Of a stretch of DNA of 64,000 nt, positions 1 through 10,514 are shown one piece after another (the first letter of the stretch is position 1; the number at the start of each line of letters is the position of its first letter). A program made the position numbers and the translations under genes. The stretch comes from Candidatus Thalassarchaeaceae archaeon. Its GTDB lineage: Archaea; Thermoplasmatota; Poseidoniia; Poseidoniales; Thalassarchaeaceae. The notes under the pieces were generated by a model. The model had not been told where the DNA came from and searched no databases. It saw only the letters and a list, made by a program, of their open reading frames with translations. Where the stretch lies: positions 18,602 through 82,601 of the forward strand of contig JASLKP010000002.1 in assembly GCA_030747485.1 (NCBI GenBank). The letters are read 5' to 3'.

Positions 1-18
1 GTTCTTGCACAAGATGGA

Positions 19-648
19 TTGCCGATTTCAAGTTCTCGAATTCGAGAAGGTAGTATCAATCGAGACGGTAAATTATGGGTCCAAGAATCAGATCTAAAAC
101 AATCTGTTCGCATGGCGAAGATTCTCGATTCAAAGTTGAAGCAACCTCAAGGCCAGTTATTCGAAGGTCCTGAGGATACTCCCGAGGTTGCAATTACGGC
201 TGCTGTTGAGGCGATTCCAACATTTTGCCCCTGTTTGATTGCAGTTGGGGACGTTACAGTAGACGCATTGCTGAAGGCAGGATGGATTCCAGACGTGGCC
301 CTCATCGATGGAATGACAAAGAGAGAGGTATGGGCGGGTTCTGACGATTTAGATCGTACATCATTCATTGGACATTTAACTTGTGAAAATCCAGCCGGAG
401 AACTAACGCCTGAATTGTTAGAATGTGCTGATATGGCACTAGAATTTGCATTCTCAGAAGAAGGTGGCCCCGTATTACTTGAAATCGAAGGAGAAGAAGA
501 CTTGGCTCCAATTTTCTTACATCTACTCGCTCCGCTTGGAACTGCAATCATGTATGGGCAACCTGGCAAAGGTGTTGTATTGCGTATTACTGATGAGGAT
601 GTTAAGGCCTTGTCCCGTGAATTGTTAGATCAATTTGAAGGAAGGTAA
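19..648 (+). CDS. GTP-dependent dephospho-CoA kinase family protein (DUF359 type)
   Basis: Motifs AVGDVTVD, IDGMTKRE, EGEEDLAP and YGQPGKGVV match the archaeal DUF359/DPCK family. The frame is open to the window edge, so the gene may be 5'-partial. An internal ATG at 112 would give a typical ~178-aa protein. Confidence 0.7.
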   Translation: MPISSSRIREGSINRDGKLWVQESDLKQSVRMAKILDSKLKQPQGQLFEGPEDTPEVAITAAVEAIPTFCPCLIAVGDVTVDALLKAGWIPDVALIDGMTKREVWAGSDDLDRTSFIGHLTCENPAGELTPELLECADMALEFAFSEEGGPVLLEIEGEEDLAPIFLHLLAPLGTAIMYGQPGKGVVLRITDEDVKALSRELLDQFEGR

Positions 649-652
649 GTCA

Positions 653-1675
653 ATGACTGCCACTACACCTCTGGTCAGTTTGACCGTTTGTGTCCGGGAT
701 GGGATTGATTGGATTGAAGAGTGCATGAAGGCATTGATTTCACAGACTTACCGTCCCCTTGAGATCATTGCAGTAGATGATGGTTCTACTGATGGTGGAA
801 CTGAATTATTACAATCTTGGAATGGTGAGCATGAAGGTGTCACAGTCTCTGTATTGACACAACCCCCTACGGGTTTGTCAGCGGGCCGAAATCTTGCACT
901 TCAAGCCGCCAAGGGTGAATGGGTTGCAATCACTGATATTGATTGTCGACCAGATTCTTATTGGATTGAAGAGATGATGAGAGTCAGTGAGGGGATTGGA
1001 GGGGAACATGTGTTGGCCGTCACAGGTCGAACGATTTTCGATAGTGGAAATACTCCAACTGGTAAAATGCGTGCCCATTCGATTGCATCGAAGTATTCTA
1101 GCAGACCTCGAATAGCGAGCCTTGCGAATGGTCCATGTTCAATGTTTGATCGAGAAAGCCTGCTTGAAATCGGTGGTTTTGACCCATCATGGTATCATGC
1201 AGAGGATATGGAAGTCAGTTTGCGTCTCATTGCAACGGGTGGTGTGATTATCCATACACCTGCAGCTGTGGTTCACCATGTTGCAGAGTCATCACTTCGT
1301 TTGTTTCTGCGCAAGCGACACCGTGATGCCCGTGCTCATATGAGAATTGTAAGACTCTATGGGCGCCATGGGGTTCGGAAACCAGATGGCAGTTTGCATC
1401 GACATGACTTCGTCGGCGATGCAGAAAATGTTCTGATGATGTTGCCTCTAGCATTCATCGGTTTAGGGGCGTCAATTGCACTGAGTTTTGTGTTGCCATT
1501 GTACACACCTCCATGGTATGTTGTGGTTTCAACTGGAGGATTTTGGTTGATTTTGATTTCATTAAGGTGGAGACGCTTACTGTGGAGTGCTTCACTCTGG
1601 TTGGGCGCCATGCGTGGTTGTATTGACGCAATTCTTGGACACCACGGACATCCTCCAATATTGGGAGGTAAGTGA
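653..1675 (+). CDS. Family 2 glycosyltransferase with C-terminal transmembrane segments
   Basis: N-terminal GT-A signature VCVRDGIDWIEECMKALISQTYRPLEIIAVDDGSTDGG and DxD-like ITDIDC. Hydrophobic C-terminus. ATG at 653 lies 5 nt after the upstream stop and follows a purine-rich gaaggaagg. Confidence 0.8.
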   Translation: MTATTPLVSLTVCVRDGIDWIEECMKALISQTYRPLEIIAVDDGSTDGGTELLQSWNGEHEGVTVSVLTQPPTGLSAGRNLALQAAKGEWVAITDIDCRPDSYWIEEMMRVSEGIGGEHVLAVTGRTIFDSGNTPTGKMRAHSIASKYSSRPRIASLANGPCSMFDRESLLEIGGFDPSWYHAEDMEVSLRLIATGGVIIHTPAAVVHHVAESSLRLFLRKRHRDARAHMRIVRLYGRHGVRKPDGSLHRHDFVGDAENVLMMLPLAFIGLGASIALSFVLPLYTPPWYVVVSTGGFWLILISLRWRRLLWSASLWLGAMRGCIDAILGHHGHPPILGGK

Positions 1676-1678
1676 GTT

Positions 1679-2242
1679 TCATTCACTGTCTTCGGCTTTG
1701 GCCGCAAACATCAATGCAAATCCGAATCCAAGGAGGGATGCAGTAACGGAGTATACTCCGACATCTACCCAATTCCAGTGTTCGATTCCCTGATAGATGT
1801 AAAACACTCCACCAATGACGATACACCACATTGCTGCAGTCATTTTCCCTCCAGCTTCTTTCATCGACATCAAACTGAGCCAACCGTCACATGTTACGAT
1901 TCCCTTCAACCAAGCAACGATACCACCGTCGGTTGAATCGTGAAGATGTTTTGCTCCCCATGACATCAATCCAATTGAAAGTAACATGAAGACTGAATCA
2001 CTGTATGGGCGGAAGACCATATCGGTTGTATACAGATGTGGATAAAGCGTACCCATACTGAGATACGCTGCCCAGACAACCTTGAGTTTGTGATCTGGAG
2101 TTCCGTGTGCTCCATAGAGGATGTTGATGATCCCCAGAACGCTCCCCCATAGGCCAAGACCAAACGCTAACCCAGCAAGAGTACGACAGTTTCCGCCGTC
2201 AGCGTCGTCAGTCATCGGTTCGGCGACCAACGTCCTCGTCAT
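1679..2242 (-). CDS. Hypothetical polytopic membrane protein
   Basis: 187-aa ORF with several hydrophobic helices. No recognisable catalytic motif. Confidence 0.5.
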   Translation of the reverse strand: MTRTLVAEPMTDDADGGNCRTLAGLAFGLGLWGSVLGIINILYGAHGTPDHKLKVVWAAYLSMGTLYPHLYTTDMVFRPYSDSVFMLLSIGLMSWGAKHLHDSTDGGIVAWLKGIVTCDGWLSLMSMKEAGGKMTAAMWCIVIGGVFYIYQGIEHWNWVDVGVYSVTASLLGFGFALMFAAKAEDSE

Positions 2243-2280
2243 AACGATTGTGCGAGACTATCACAGTGTAATGGGTGACT

Positions 2281-3546
2281 TCAAAGTCGTCTTTGCAGCC
2301 GATATCGTCCATTTACAACATCAGTCATGATTGTATCTGATACTTGCATTACTTGGAATGGATCAAAAGCCGGAGGTAGGCAACTGTTGATTCTCTTTGA
2401 TCTCCCCTGGCGTCCTTTACTGATGGTCTTTGCAGAAATAATCCCCATCATATCAAGATCGGAAATCAGTGAGGATACACGGCGCGTCGTCAGCGGTTTT
2501 TCACCTGCGTTTTCACAGGCTGATTCATAGGTACCATACACTTCACCGGTTGAGATATTCTTCAATCCATTTTTCTCATTAATTAGAATTGAAAATAAGA
2601 TTAATTTTTGTTGCAATGGCAGATTGGCTACTGCCGGCGTTATCTGGTCAAATTCCAATTGATTTTGAGCCATACGAACATGGCTAACTGTGACCATCTT
2701 CTCATCATGCATCTCTGCTTTTTGTACTGAAATTCTGAGGAGATCCAAAGCCCGCCTTGCATCTCCATGTTCCTTGGCTGCTAGGGCTGCACAAAGTGGA
2801 ATGACATCAGAATCTAATACACCTTCACTAATTCCTGTCGTTGCACGAGTGAATAACACGTCTTCTAATTGTGATGCGTTGTATGGTTTGAATACAACAT
2901 CAATTGGCGCCAATCTCGATTCAACACGTGGGTCGAGCATCTCAGTGAATGCGAGGTCATTACTAATGCCAACAATAGAACAGCAGGACTGGTCCAACAA
3001 ACCAGTGTTTAGGCTTGTCAAACTGTACAGTAGATCATCACCAACTCTACTGATCAAGTGGTCGACTTCATCGAGAACGATGATGTGTGCTCCCGTACGC
3101 GCGTCCATGCGCGCGCGTACGCACTCAAACACTTTGTCAGCGGGCCAGCCAGTGAATGGGATCTGAGAATCTCCTTCAAGGCGGAGTGCATTTCCAATCT
3201 CGGCTAGTACTCGATATTTCGTATCGATATTCCGGCAGTTGATTTCAATCGTATGGATGGGTTGCCCAATCTTTGCACCCCTTTCTTGAAGTTGGCTACT
3301 GACGTGTCGAGTGACTGCTGTTTTGCCTGAGCCAGGCATTCCGTAGAGAATCATATTTGATGGGGCGAACCCTTTGAGGGCGTCTGCGAAATTATGAACA
3401 AGTGTCTCAATCTCCTTGTCACGGTGAGGCAAGTCCGCAGGCTTGAACGCGTGACCAAGGGCGCGCCTGTCTCGGAAAAGCCCTTCACCCCTCTGGAGAT
3501 GTTCGAAAAGATTTTCGCCCATTTTATAACATCTCCATGTTCTCAC
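2281..3546 (-). CDS. cdc6: Orc1/Cdc6 replication initiator AAA+ ATPase
   Basis: Walker A LYGMPGSGKTAV, Walker B IIVLDEVDHL and a C-terminal winged-helix-like region. About 410 aa. An alternative ATG at 3522 (MGENLFEHL) is possible. Confidence 0.9.
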   Translation of the reverse strand: MRTWRCYKMGENLFEHLQRGEGLFRDRRALGHAFKPADLPHRDKEIETLVHNFADALKGFAPSNMILYGMPGSGKTAVTRHVSSQLQERGAKIGQPIHTIEINCRNIDTKYRVLAEIGNALRLEGDSQIPFTGWPADKVFECVRARMDARTGAHIIVLDEVDHLISRVGDDLLYSLTSLNTGLLDQSCCSIVGISNDLAFTEMLDPRVESRLAPIDVVFKPYNASQLEDVLFTRATTGISEGVLDSDVIPLCAALAAKEHGDARRALDLLRISVQKAEMHDEKMVTVSHVRMAQNQLEFDQITPAVANLPLQQKLILFSILINEKNGLKNISTGEVYGTYESACENAGEKPLTTRRVSSLISDLDMMGIISAKTISKGRQGRSKRINSCLPPAFDPFQVMQVSDTIMTDVVNGRYRLQRRL

Positions 3547-3970
3547 CTGCTATTGTCTTGAGTTGGAAAGTTGGGGCCAACATTTGGACGCAGGGATTCC
3601 GACCCACTCCGAGTAGACTAGATAAGTCTAATGTTGAAGCAATGGAGAAAATGTCAATTCATTCTCAGTTCTTAACTTCATTTTCAATATAATAATCTGT
3701 CGTATTTATTCGGAAACTAACATTTTTCACCCTTCAGCATCCCGATTCCATACAATTTGAAAATCCTCCCAATTATCAGTATCCTTCAAGATGTGAAACA
3801 AAAACCATGTATCAAATTGTATCGAGATTCAGTTATCGATTACATGACAGATCTGGATGCATAGAAAAATTCAATTCAAACACCAATCTCAATTGGAAAC
3901 AACCCAAGTTTGTGAGAATCTACTCCCAGAATATCTCAAAATGACGTTATATTATCAAAAGAAATTATTA
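3547..3970. other. Candidate replication origin (AT-rich intergenic region upstream of orc1/cdc6)
   Basis: Longest non-coding gap in the window and visibly AT-rich. 11-bp inverted repeat atacaatttga (3750-3760) / tcaaattgtat (3812-3822). Near-direct repeat agaaaatgtcaattca (about 3646-3662) / agaaaaattcaattca (about 3863-3878). TTGGAAA words at 3563 and 3892. Confidence 0.4.
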
Positions 3971-4729
3971 CTAATGGACAAATGTATCTCCATCTTCTGT
4001 CTGAATAACATTGGATGGTAATGTCACCATTGGATATCCTCCAACCTTGTCCGAATCAATTTCGATCCCATTGCAATAGTTGTGAGTCGCCATAAAAATC
4101 GTATCGGGATGTTGCATTGCAAATTCACTGAGTGTCTTTGGAGAGAAGTGATAGGGACTATCAACAAAATCAGGGATTCCCAAATCTAGAATCATCACAT
4201 CTGCCTCATCAGCGAGATTCTCGATGTTCTGACAGGGGCCGGAATCTCCACAATGTACCAAGACGAATCCATCTTTGTGTTCTAATCGATATCCATGTGG
4301 ATCTGTAGATGGATTGTGGCATACTTCAAATCTAGAAAATTTCCAATCACCAATGACTCCAGATTGTGATTCGTCAACATTCATCCAAGGTAGGTTGGTC
4401 AATGAATCAGGATAAGCGAGATTACACAAATTTTGTAGAATTTTTCCGCCCCCTTCGTGGCAATGAATCGTTAGATTAGCCTTACCACCTCTGTCTGAAA
4501 TGTATTTTCTTTCAAGTAATAGGAATGGAATACCAAAGGTGTGATCTCCATGCCAGTGAGTGATTAACAAATCACAGATTTCTGACGGTTGAATTCCTGC
4601 TCTTCTCAGTTGCGGTACAATCGTAGGTGGAGCATCCACTAAAATGTGCTCATCAATCAATACGAGAGAGTGTAATCTATCGTTGGGGCAAAATGCATTC
4701 CCAGTTCCGAGGAATTGAATTTTCACCAT
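3971..4729 (-). CDS. MBL-fold metallo-hydrolase
   Basis: HxHxDH motif (THWHGDHTFG) and a downstream His/Asp pattern typical of the metallo-beta-lactamase superfamily (RNase Z-like size, 252 aa). Confidence 0.8.
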   Translation of the reverse strand: MVKIQFLGTGNAFCPNDRLHSLVLIDEHILVDAPPTIVPQLRRAGIQPSEICDLLITHWHGDHTFGIPFLLLERKYISDRGGKANLTIHCHEGGGKILQNLCNLAYPDSLTNLPWMNVDESQSGVIGDWKFSRFEVCHNPSTDPHGYRLEHKDGFVLVHCGDSGPCQNIENLADEADVMILDLGIPDFVDSPYHFSPKTLSEFAMQHPDTIFMATHNYCNGIEIDSDKVGGYPMVTLPSNVIQTEDGDTFVH

Positions 4730-4803
4730 CTCAGCCCCAACTCCTCGTCGGTCCGAATACCATACAGATGATGAAGATGGTCACGGAACGCTAGCCCCCT
4801 TCC

Positions 4804-6147
4804 TTGAAATATGTTAGACTCAGCGCTTCAACTATTCTGACTAGTGTAGTCAGTCTCAGTGGTGATATTTTGACCGATTGGAATGCTAAGAATCCCTACA
4901 CCTCCACTATCACAGAAAACCACATTCTCACTGGTAATGGCTCGAAAAAGGAGACACGACATATCGTTTTTGATTTGGGTAAATCTGGATTGAACTACAA
5001 GGCTGGCGACGCTTTGGGAGTCATTCCAGTAACATCCTCAGAATTGGTTGATGATGTCCTCGGTGCCCTTGGAGTCGATGCTGATCAAATCGTTGAAACA
5101 CATGTCGGGGATGTATCACTCCGTGAGGCGTTATCTCTACACTACGAAATTCATCAAGCAACAAAGAAATTCATCACCAATCTAGGTTCAAAATTTAACA
5201 GCGGTGATTCTCAAATTGAGATTAGACTCGTCAAGAGAACTCGTAGTTCGACCTCATCAGGTTTGGAAACGGAGCAATGGTCTTGGTCAGGAGATGCGGA
5301 TGATTATCCCTCAAATTATTCTCCAACCAGTACAATCATCGATCCAGCACATGAACTTTGGAATAAACTCACACAAGACGAGAAGTCCATGGAAGATTAT
5401 CTCTGGGGCCGCGATTACATTGACGTGTTGAGTGATTTCGGGCATCTTGGGATTACAGGTCAAGAATTTGTAGATAGTTTAGGGCGCCTCAAACCCCGAC
5501 TATATTCGATTGCATCATCTCCTGATTTTGAAGCCGGCACAGTGCATCTGACTGTTGCCATTGTTCGCTATGAAGGGCAGGGGCGTTCTAAGACTGGATT
5601 GACTACTGGATATCTCGCGGATCGAATTTCAGTTGGTGATGGTGTTGAGGTTTTCATGTCACCAACTCGTTCATTCATCTTGCCAGAAGATGGGGCGAAT
5701 GACATCATCATGGTTGGTCCCGGAACAGGGATTGCCCCATTCCGAGCCTTCTTACAACAGCGGAAAGTCGATGAATCCAAAGGTCGGAATTGGCTTTTCT
5801 TCGGTGATTGGACTAAAGACGGAGAGTTCCTCTATCGTGAAGAGATTGAGTCGTATGTGGAGGATGGTACGATTGATCGATTGGATTTAGCGTGGTCTCG
5901 CGAAGGTCCTTCCAAAGTCTATGTTCAACATCTCATGGAAGAGAATGGTGCAGAAATTTGGAATTGGATCGACAATGGCGGCTACTTCTATGTCTGTGGT
6001 GATAAGAATCGCATGGCTAGAGATGTTCACTCCACTTTAATTCAAATTTGTTCACAGCATGGTGGAATGAGCGACGAGGATGCTAAGCATTACGTTGAAC
6101 GTACATTGATGAAAGATGAGAAGCGCTATCTAAGGGACGTTTATTGA
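4804..6147 (+). CDS. FAD/NADPH-binding reductase, CysJ / P450-reductase C-terminal module without FMN domain
   Basis: Motifs KETRHIVFDL, RLYSIASSP, GPGTGIAPFRAF, YVCGD and a C-terminal DVY. TTG start as given in the ORF track, so the start is uncertain. Confidence 0.75.
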   Translation: MKYVRLSASTILTSVVSLSGDILTDWNAKNPYTSTITENHILTGNGSKKETRHIVFDLGKSGLNYKAGDALGVIPVTSSELVDDVLGALGVDADQIVETHVGDVSLREALSLHYEIHQATKKFITNLGSKFNSGDSQIEIRLVKRTRSSTSSGLETEQWSWSGDADDYPSNYSPTSTIIDPAHELWNKLTQDEKSMEDYLWGRDYIDVLSDFGHLGITGQEFVDSLGRLKPRLYSIASSPDFEAGTVHLTVAIVRYEGQGRSKTGLTTGYLADRISVGDGVEVFMSPTRSFILPEDGANDIIMVGPGTGIAPFRAFLQQRKVDESKGRNWLFFGDWTKDGEFLYREEIESYVEDGTIDRLDLAWSREGPSKVYVQHLMEENGAEIWNWIDNGGYFYVCGDKNRMARDVHSTLIQICSQHGGMSDEDAKHYVERTLMKDEKRYLRDVY

Positions 6148-6209
6148 GAGAAAAATCTCTCAATTGGTGTGTCGGCACGGCTTTGAACTGTCCTCGGATG
6201 GGATGGAAC

Positions 6210-7547
6210 ATGTTCAAGCGGGTCCTCATTGCTAATCGTGGTGAGATTGCCCTTCGTATCAGCCGCGCACTTCGTGAACTTGAGGTTGAGGTTTGCATCA
6301 TTCATGGCAGAGATGACAGACTATCATTGCCTGTTCGTTTGAGTGATCATGCCATCCCCATTTATCGTTCAAATCCGATAGAATCATACTTGGATTATGA
6401 GGCAATCATTCAGGCTGCTAAGGACATTGGTGCTGACGCGATCCATCCTGGATATGGGTTCCTTGCCGAGAATGCTGATTTTGTCAATCGATGTGAAGAA
6501 GAAGGCCTCACTTTCATTGGACCAAGTGCCGATGTCATTCGTTTACTCGGTGACAAAATTGAAGCGCGCAAAGCCATGGAGGATGCTGGTTTACCCGTTG
6601 CTCGTGGGAGTGATGAAGCCATTGATGACGCCAATATTGCAAAATCTTTGGCCAATGAAATTGGTTACCCTGTAATCATCAAGGCGGCTGCAGGAGGCGG
6701 TGGAATTGGGATGCAGATTGTGCATGATTCCAATGAGTTCGAATCCGCTCTGAACCTTTGTCAATCGAGAGCACAATCTGCTTTTGGAGATTCACGAGTT
6801 TTCGTTGAGAAATTCATCGAAGGTGCTCAACACGTTGAGTTTCAAGTTCTGGGGGATGGTGAACATGCCATCCACTTCGGCGAACGATTTTGTTCTATTC
6901 AAAGACGCCATCAAAAATTGGTAGAAGAAGGTCCATGGTTAACTGAAGAAGTTAGGAATGAAATTGGAACCAAAGTATGTGATGGTGCTCGTTCGGTCGG
7001 GTATTCTGGTTTAGCAACATTTGAATTTCTTCGGGATAAAAATGGAGAATTTTACTTCTTAGAAGTGAATCCAAGGGTTCAGGTCGAACACACAATTACC
7101 GAGATGATTACAGGACATGATTTGGTTAAATTAGGTATTCAAATTGCCGCAGGTCAATCATTGCCACTCAAGCAATCTGAAATCGAAATCTCAGGACATG
7201 CAATTCAGTGTCGTCTCAATGCAGAAGACCCCCTACATTTCGTCCCATCACCTGGTAAATTATGGGATTGCCATTTCCCTGGCGGCAAGGATGTCAGAGT
7301 AGACACCCATGCTCACGTTGGTTACAATATGCCGGGGAGTTTTGATTCATTATTGGGCAAACTCATAGTCAAAGGAAGTGATCGTTCAGAAGCAATTGCA
7401 AAGATGAAGTCGGCGCTCAAAGAAACGACAATCATCGGCGTGGAAACCGTCATACCTCTACATCGAGCAATTATGGATGAGCCCGATTTCATTGCCCGTG
7501 ACGTTACAATTCAATATCTGGAACAACATCCGGATTTACTGGGGTGA
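6210..7547 (+). CDS. accC: Biotin carboxylase (acyl-CoA carboxylase alpha component)
   Basis: Canonical N-terminus MFKRVLIANRGEIALRI, ATP-grasp GGGGIGM, and EVNPRVQVEHTITE. The track ORF from 6144 is an upstream extension. Confidence 0.9.
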   Translation: MFKRVLIANRGEIALRISRALRELEVEVCIIHGRDDRLSLPVRLSDHAIPIYRSNPIESYLDYEAIIQAAKDIGADAIHPGYGFLAENADFVNRCEEEGLTFIGPSADVIRLLGDKIEARKAMEDAGLPVARGSDEAIDDANIAKSLANEIGYPVIIKAAAGGGGIGMQIVHDSNEFESALNLCQSRAQSAFGDSRVFVEKFIEGAQHVEFQVLGDGEHAIHFGERFCSIQRRHQKLVEEGPWLTEEVRNEIGTKVCDGARSVGYSGLATFEFLRDKNGEFYFLEVNPRVQVEHTITEMITGHDLVKLGIQIAAGQSLPLKQSEIEISGHAIQCRLNAEDPLHFVPSPGKLWDCHFPGGKDVRVDTHAHVGYNMPGSFDSLLGKLIVKGSDRSEAIAKMKSALKETTIIGVETVIPLHRAIMDEPDFIARDVTIQYLEQHPDLLG

Positions 7548-7551
7548 TTGT

Positions 7552-8526
7552 ATGGATGTGGTCATTGTGGGTTCATTGGCTTACGATGATTTGGAAAGCG
7601 AAGCAGGTTCAATTACAGATTCACTGGGTGGTTCTGGAACCTTTGCAGGTTTAGCTGCGGCATTCCACGCAAGTCGCCGTTCTGATCAAGGAGGTACACT
7701 CCCAATCGGTTTGGTATGTGCGATTGGTGATGATTTCAAAATGGAAGATTTGGATCTATTGAAGAGAGCTGGCCTTGATCTCACCGGAATCGAACAAATA
7801 GATGGTGGTCGTACATTCCGTTGGCGTGGGCGATATGAAGGTAATATGTCTGAGGCCATTACAATTGAAACTCAGCAGAACGTATTGGAGGATTACGAAC
7901 CCCGTGTTCCCGCATCATGGTGGACTCCTCGTATCCTTTTCTTAGCCAACAATCATCCTTCTATTCAAGCACATGTTTTAGATCAATGTGAAGGTGCTCA
8001 ATTCATCGCATTGGATTCAATGAATCTGTGGATAAACATCGCATTTGAGGCATTATCAGATGTTCTTCGCAGAGTAGATTTGGCCATTTTGAATGATATG
8101 GAAATTCGAATGATTGCAAAGGATGAGAATCTCATCCGAGCAGCCCAAGCGATTCGTAGTGGGGCATGTCTACACGGTGGTGAAGCAGCGGGTGCGGGCC
8201 CTAAAATCCTCGTCATAAAGAAAGGCGAACATGGTAGTGTGACATTGACTGAACAAGGTGTCATCGCCCTCCCGGCTTTCCCGACTTCCACTGTCATCGA
8301 CCCGACTGGTTGCGGCGATTCTTTTGCCGGCACATTATTGACACATCTCTCAGAAAGTGAATCGCTGAATCCCACACTGGATGAATTACACAATGCTTTG
8401 GTGCATGCAACCGTAACTTCATCGTTCACATTATCTGCATTTGGAACGGATGGATTGGTTGGATTAGAACGAGGAGATTATCACGCTCGATTAGATTCGT
8501 ACCGACGCATGGTCGGATTAATTTGA
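7552..8526 (+). CDS. PfkB-family carbohydrate/nucleoside kinase
   Basis: PfkB signature DPTGCGDSFAG near the C-terminus and N-terminal VVIVGSLAYDD. ATG at 7552 lies just after the accC stop. Confidence 0.8.
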   Translation: MDVVIVGSLAYDDLESEAGSITDSLGGSGTFAGLAAAFHASRRSDQGGTLPIGLVCAIGDDFKMEDLDLLKRAGLDLTGIEQIDGGRTFRWRGRYEGNMSEAITIETQQNVLEDYEPRVPASWWTPRILFLANNHPSIQAHVLDQCEGAQFIALDSMNLWINIAFEALSDVLRRVDLAILNDMEIRMIAKDENLIRAAQAIRSGACLHGGEAAGAGPKILVIKKGEHGSVTLTEQGVIALPAFPTSTVIDPTGCGDSFAGTLLTHLSESESLNPTLDELHNALVHATVTSSFTLSAFGTDGLVGLERGDYHARLDSYRRMVGLI

Positions 8527-8527
8527 A

Positions 8528-10420
8528 TCATCCAAGTCTGGATATCCCGTGATGACCAGGTGCTTCCTTTGGTGGAGATGTGCTTGCTAGATTCCCAAAT
8601 GTGAGTTTCTTGTCAGCGGCTTTCAATAGGTTCGCAATGGGTTCCAAATCACCACTTGCTGCAAGTCTGCCAATGAGTTTGTTAGCTTCGTCTTCTGCGT
8701 ATTCGCCACCAGTCGATCGAGATAGGTTTCGAAGTCGATCAGCAACTTCTGCTTGGTGATCTTGATCTGCTCTCAATCGAATAATCTGACCACTACGAAG
8801 GGGAACATCTCTGTACACCCCATCATCAAATCCATCTTGATCTCCGTACGTTGATGCATAATCATCACTTTGGATTCTAACGGGTCGAGGAGTCGTACTG
8901 ATTGATTTTTCTCCGTTCGTTCTTTGGAACATCTGTAGGCTGCGTTTTGCCAATCTAGCAAATCGTCCTTCCTTTTTCGTGGATACATTTTGAATCCGTG
9001 GAGGTGGGGATGACCGGATCATTGAACTGATGGCAGGGAATCCAGATAATTCTTCGATTTCATGTCGATGAACTGTGGTATGCTGTGAGGTTTGTTGTTG
9101 AGCAGAACGAATCTCTTCTTCACGCATACGAGCAGCAGCAACCACTCCCGGAGTACATTCCTGTCTTAGTGCGTGTAGAGTTGGTTCAGGTAGTGTGGTT
9201 GCGAGAGCCGAAGATGTGGGCATTGCATTGCGAATCGATTGTCCAGACCAAGTGGGCTGTTCATCTACATACTGTGTTGGCTCCGGCATCACAGTCGTTG
9301 TGGGAGTTGGACTAGAGATGGAAGTAGGATCGTCAAACATGCTACCGAATATTCCAGTGTCAGTCGTTTGTGTGGATTCAGAATCATCGAACATATTCGT
9401 CGACAAAAAGTCTCCAGCATGTTTAGCCTCACTCAACGCAGATTGAATTCTTGTGGTTGGTTGGTGATTTTTCTCTTGGTACCAATTGGGTTCTTCACGA
9501 CCCCATGCACGTTCGTATGCTGAACTCTCAGATTCAGTTGTCACCGGTGAAGTTGGTTGTTCCCATGGTCGTTCCCATTGAGTATCAGTCGTTGGACTGG
9601 CAGATGGAACTTGAATTGCCCATTCGGAATCATTTGAACGTGTTTCTTGCAAGTTTCCTCTCGCTCGCTCAAGAAGCCCCCTTCCGGCCTGATCAGCATG
9701 ACTTTCAGAGGCAAAAGATTCCGTAGCAGTTGGTGTGAAAATGGTGTTTGCTGGTTGAGGTTCAGGAATGTTATCCTCCCGTCCATTGTACATGTTTGCG
9801 AGTGCTCTTTCTAGGTCTGCCTCATCAAAGACATCAGGTTCAGGAAGTAATACCGCTTCCTCAATCACTTGATTGTGAATTGCTGCTGTTTCTATCTGCA
9901 TGGCTTGCAAGGGGCTAATCATTGGGTAGTTTGAATGTCGATGAAGTTCCTCTAAACCTTCTCTTGCTTCTTCCAATGTTTTACCTTCACAGAGTCGATT
10001 GACCATCATTTGTGTACGTAGTAATAGGCTATCGCGTCCATGTAATACGTGACGATCCCCTGCCTTCGTGTCGATGCAAAGTGCCGGTCTTCGACCAATC
10101 AACCAAGTGAAGATGGTAATGGCTCCAATGGCCAGTGCATAGAGTTGAATCGGGCCAGTTAACACGCGGGCGGCTAGAATCATCGTAATGACTCCAATCC
10201 AAGTTACACCTGGTGGCGTAATCGGTACGTGGTGATGGCGAACACGTTGGATGGTTTCTAAATCGATTCGAAGACCTTTTCCATCTCGGCGCTCAAATAG
10301 CAATTTCCCCTCATCGAGTAAACCAATAATTCGTCCTTCGATTCCGGTCAGCCTGAGCGGTGCGAGAATCTCTCCCCGCTGCTCAGACTGAACCCCGAAG
10401 GGTTCATCCTGTCGAGCCAT
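8528..10420 (-). CDS. Hypothetical membrane-anchored protein with a long low-complexity region
   Basis: 630-aa ORF. A small N-terminal domain is followed by two hydrophobic helices, then a T/S/P/E/Q-rich, apparently disordered region. Confidence 0.5.
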   Translation of the reverse strand: MARQDEPFGVQSEQRGEILAPLRLTGIEGRIIGLLDEGKLLFERRDGKGLRIDLETIQRVRHHHVPITPPGVTWIGVITMILAARVLTGPIQLYALAIGAITIFTWLIGRRPALCIDTKAGDRHVLHGRDSLLLRTQMMVNRLCEGKTLEEAREGLEELHRHSNYPMISPLQAMQIETAAIHNQVIEEAVLLPEPDVFDEADLERALANMYNGREDNIPEPQPANTIFTPTATESFASESHADQAGRGLLERARGNLQETRSNDSEWAIQVPSASPTTDTQWERPWEQPTSPVTTESESSAYERAWGREEPNWYQEKNHQPTTRIQSALSEAKHAGDFLSTNMFDDSESTQTTDTGIFGSMFDDPTSISSPTPTTTVMPEPTQYVDEQPTWSGQSIRNAMPTSSALATTLPEPTLHALRQECTPGVVAAARMREEEIRSAQQQTSQHTTVHRHEIEELSGFPAISSMIRSSPPPRIQNVSTKKEGRFARLAKRSLQMFQRTNGEKSISTTPRPVRIQSDDYASTYGDQDGFDDGVYRDVPLRSGQIIRLRADQDHQAEVADRLRNLSRSTGGEYAEDEANKLIGRLAASGDLEPIANLLKAADKKLTFGNLASTSPPKEAPGHHGISRLG

Positions 10421-10514
10421 CCCAAACCACGCAGCGACACCTGTTGCTTATACAGTTTATCGGAGGGAATCACCATACAACCCCTGATTTTAGGGGTCTG
10501 TGGAAACGCCGAGT

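Noticed and set aside
2690-3166. 158-aa ORF antisense to orc1/cdc6; likewise 147-569 (antisense to DPCK) and 7998-8429 (antisense to PfkB)
   Set aside because: The sense strands encode well-supported conserved proteins, and the antisense products are low-complexity.
3523-3530. TTATAAA immediately upstream of the alternative orc1 ATG at 3522, considered as a TATA box
   Set aside because: It is directly adjacent to the ATG rather than about 25 nt upstream of a start, and there is no downstream in-frame Met that would fit. It is probably incidental AT-rich sequence.
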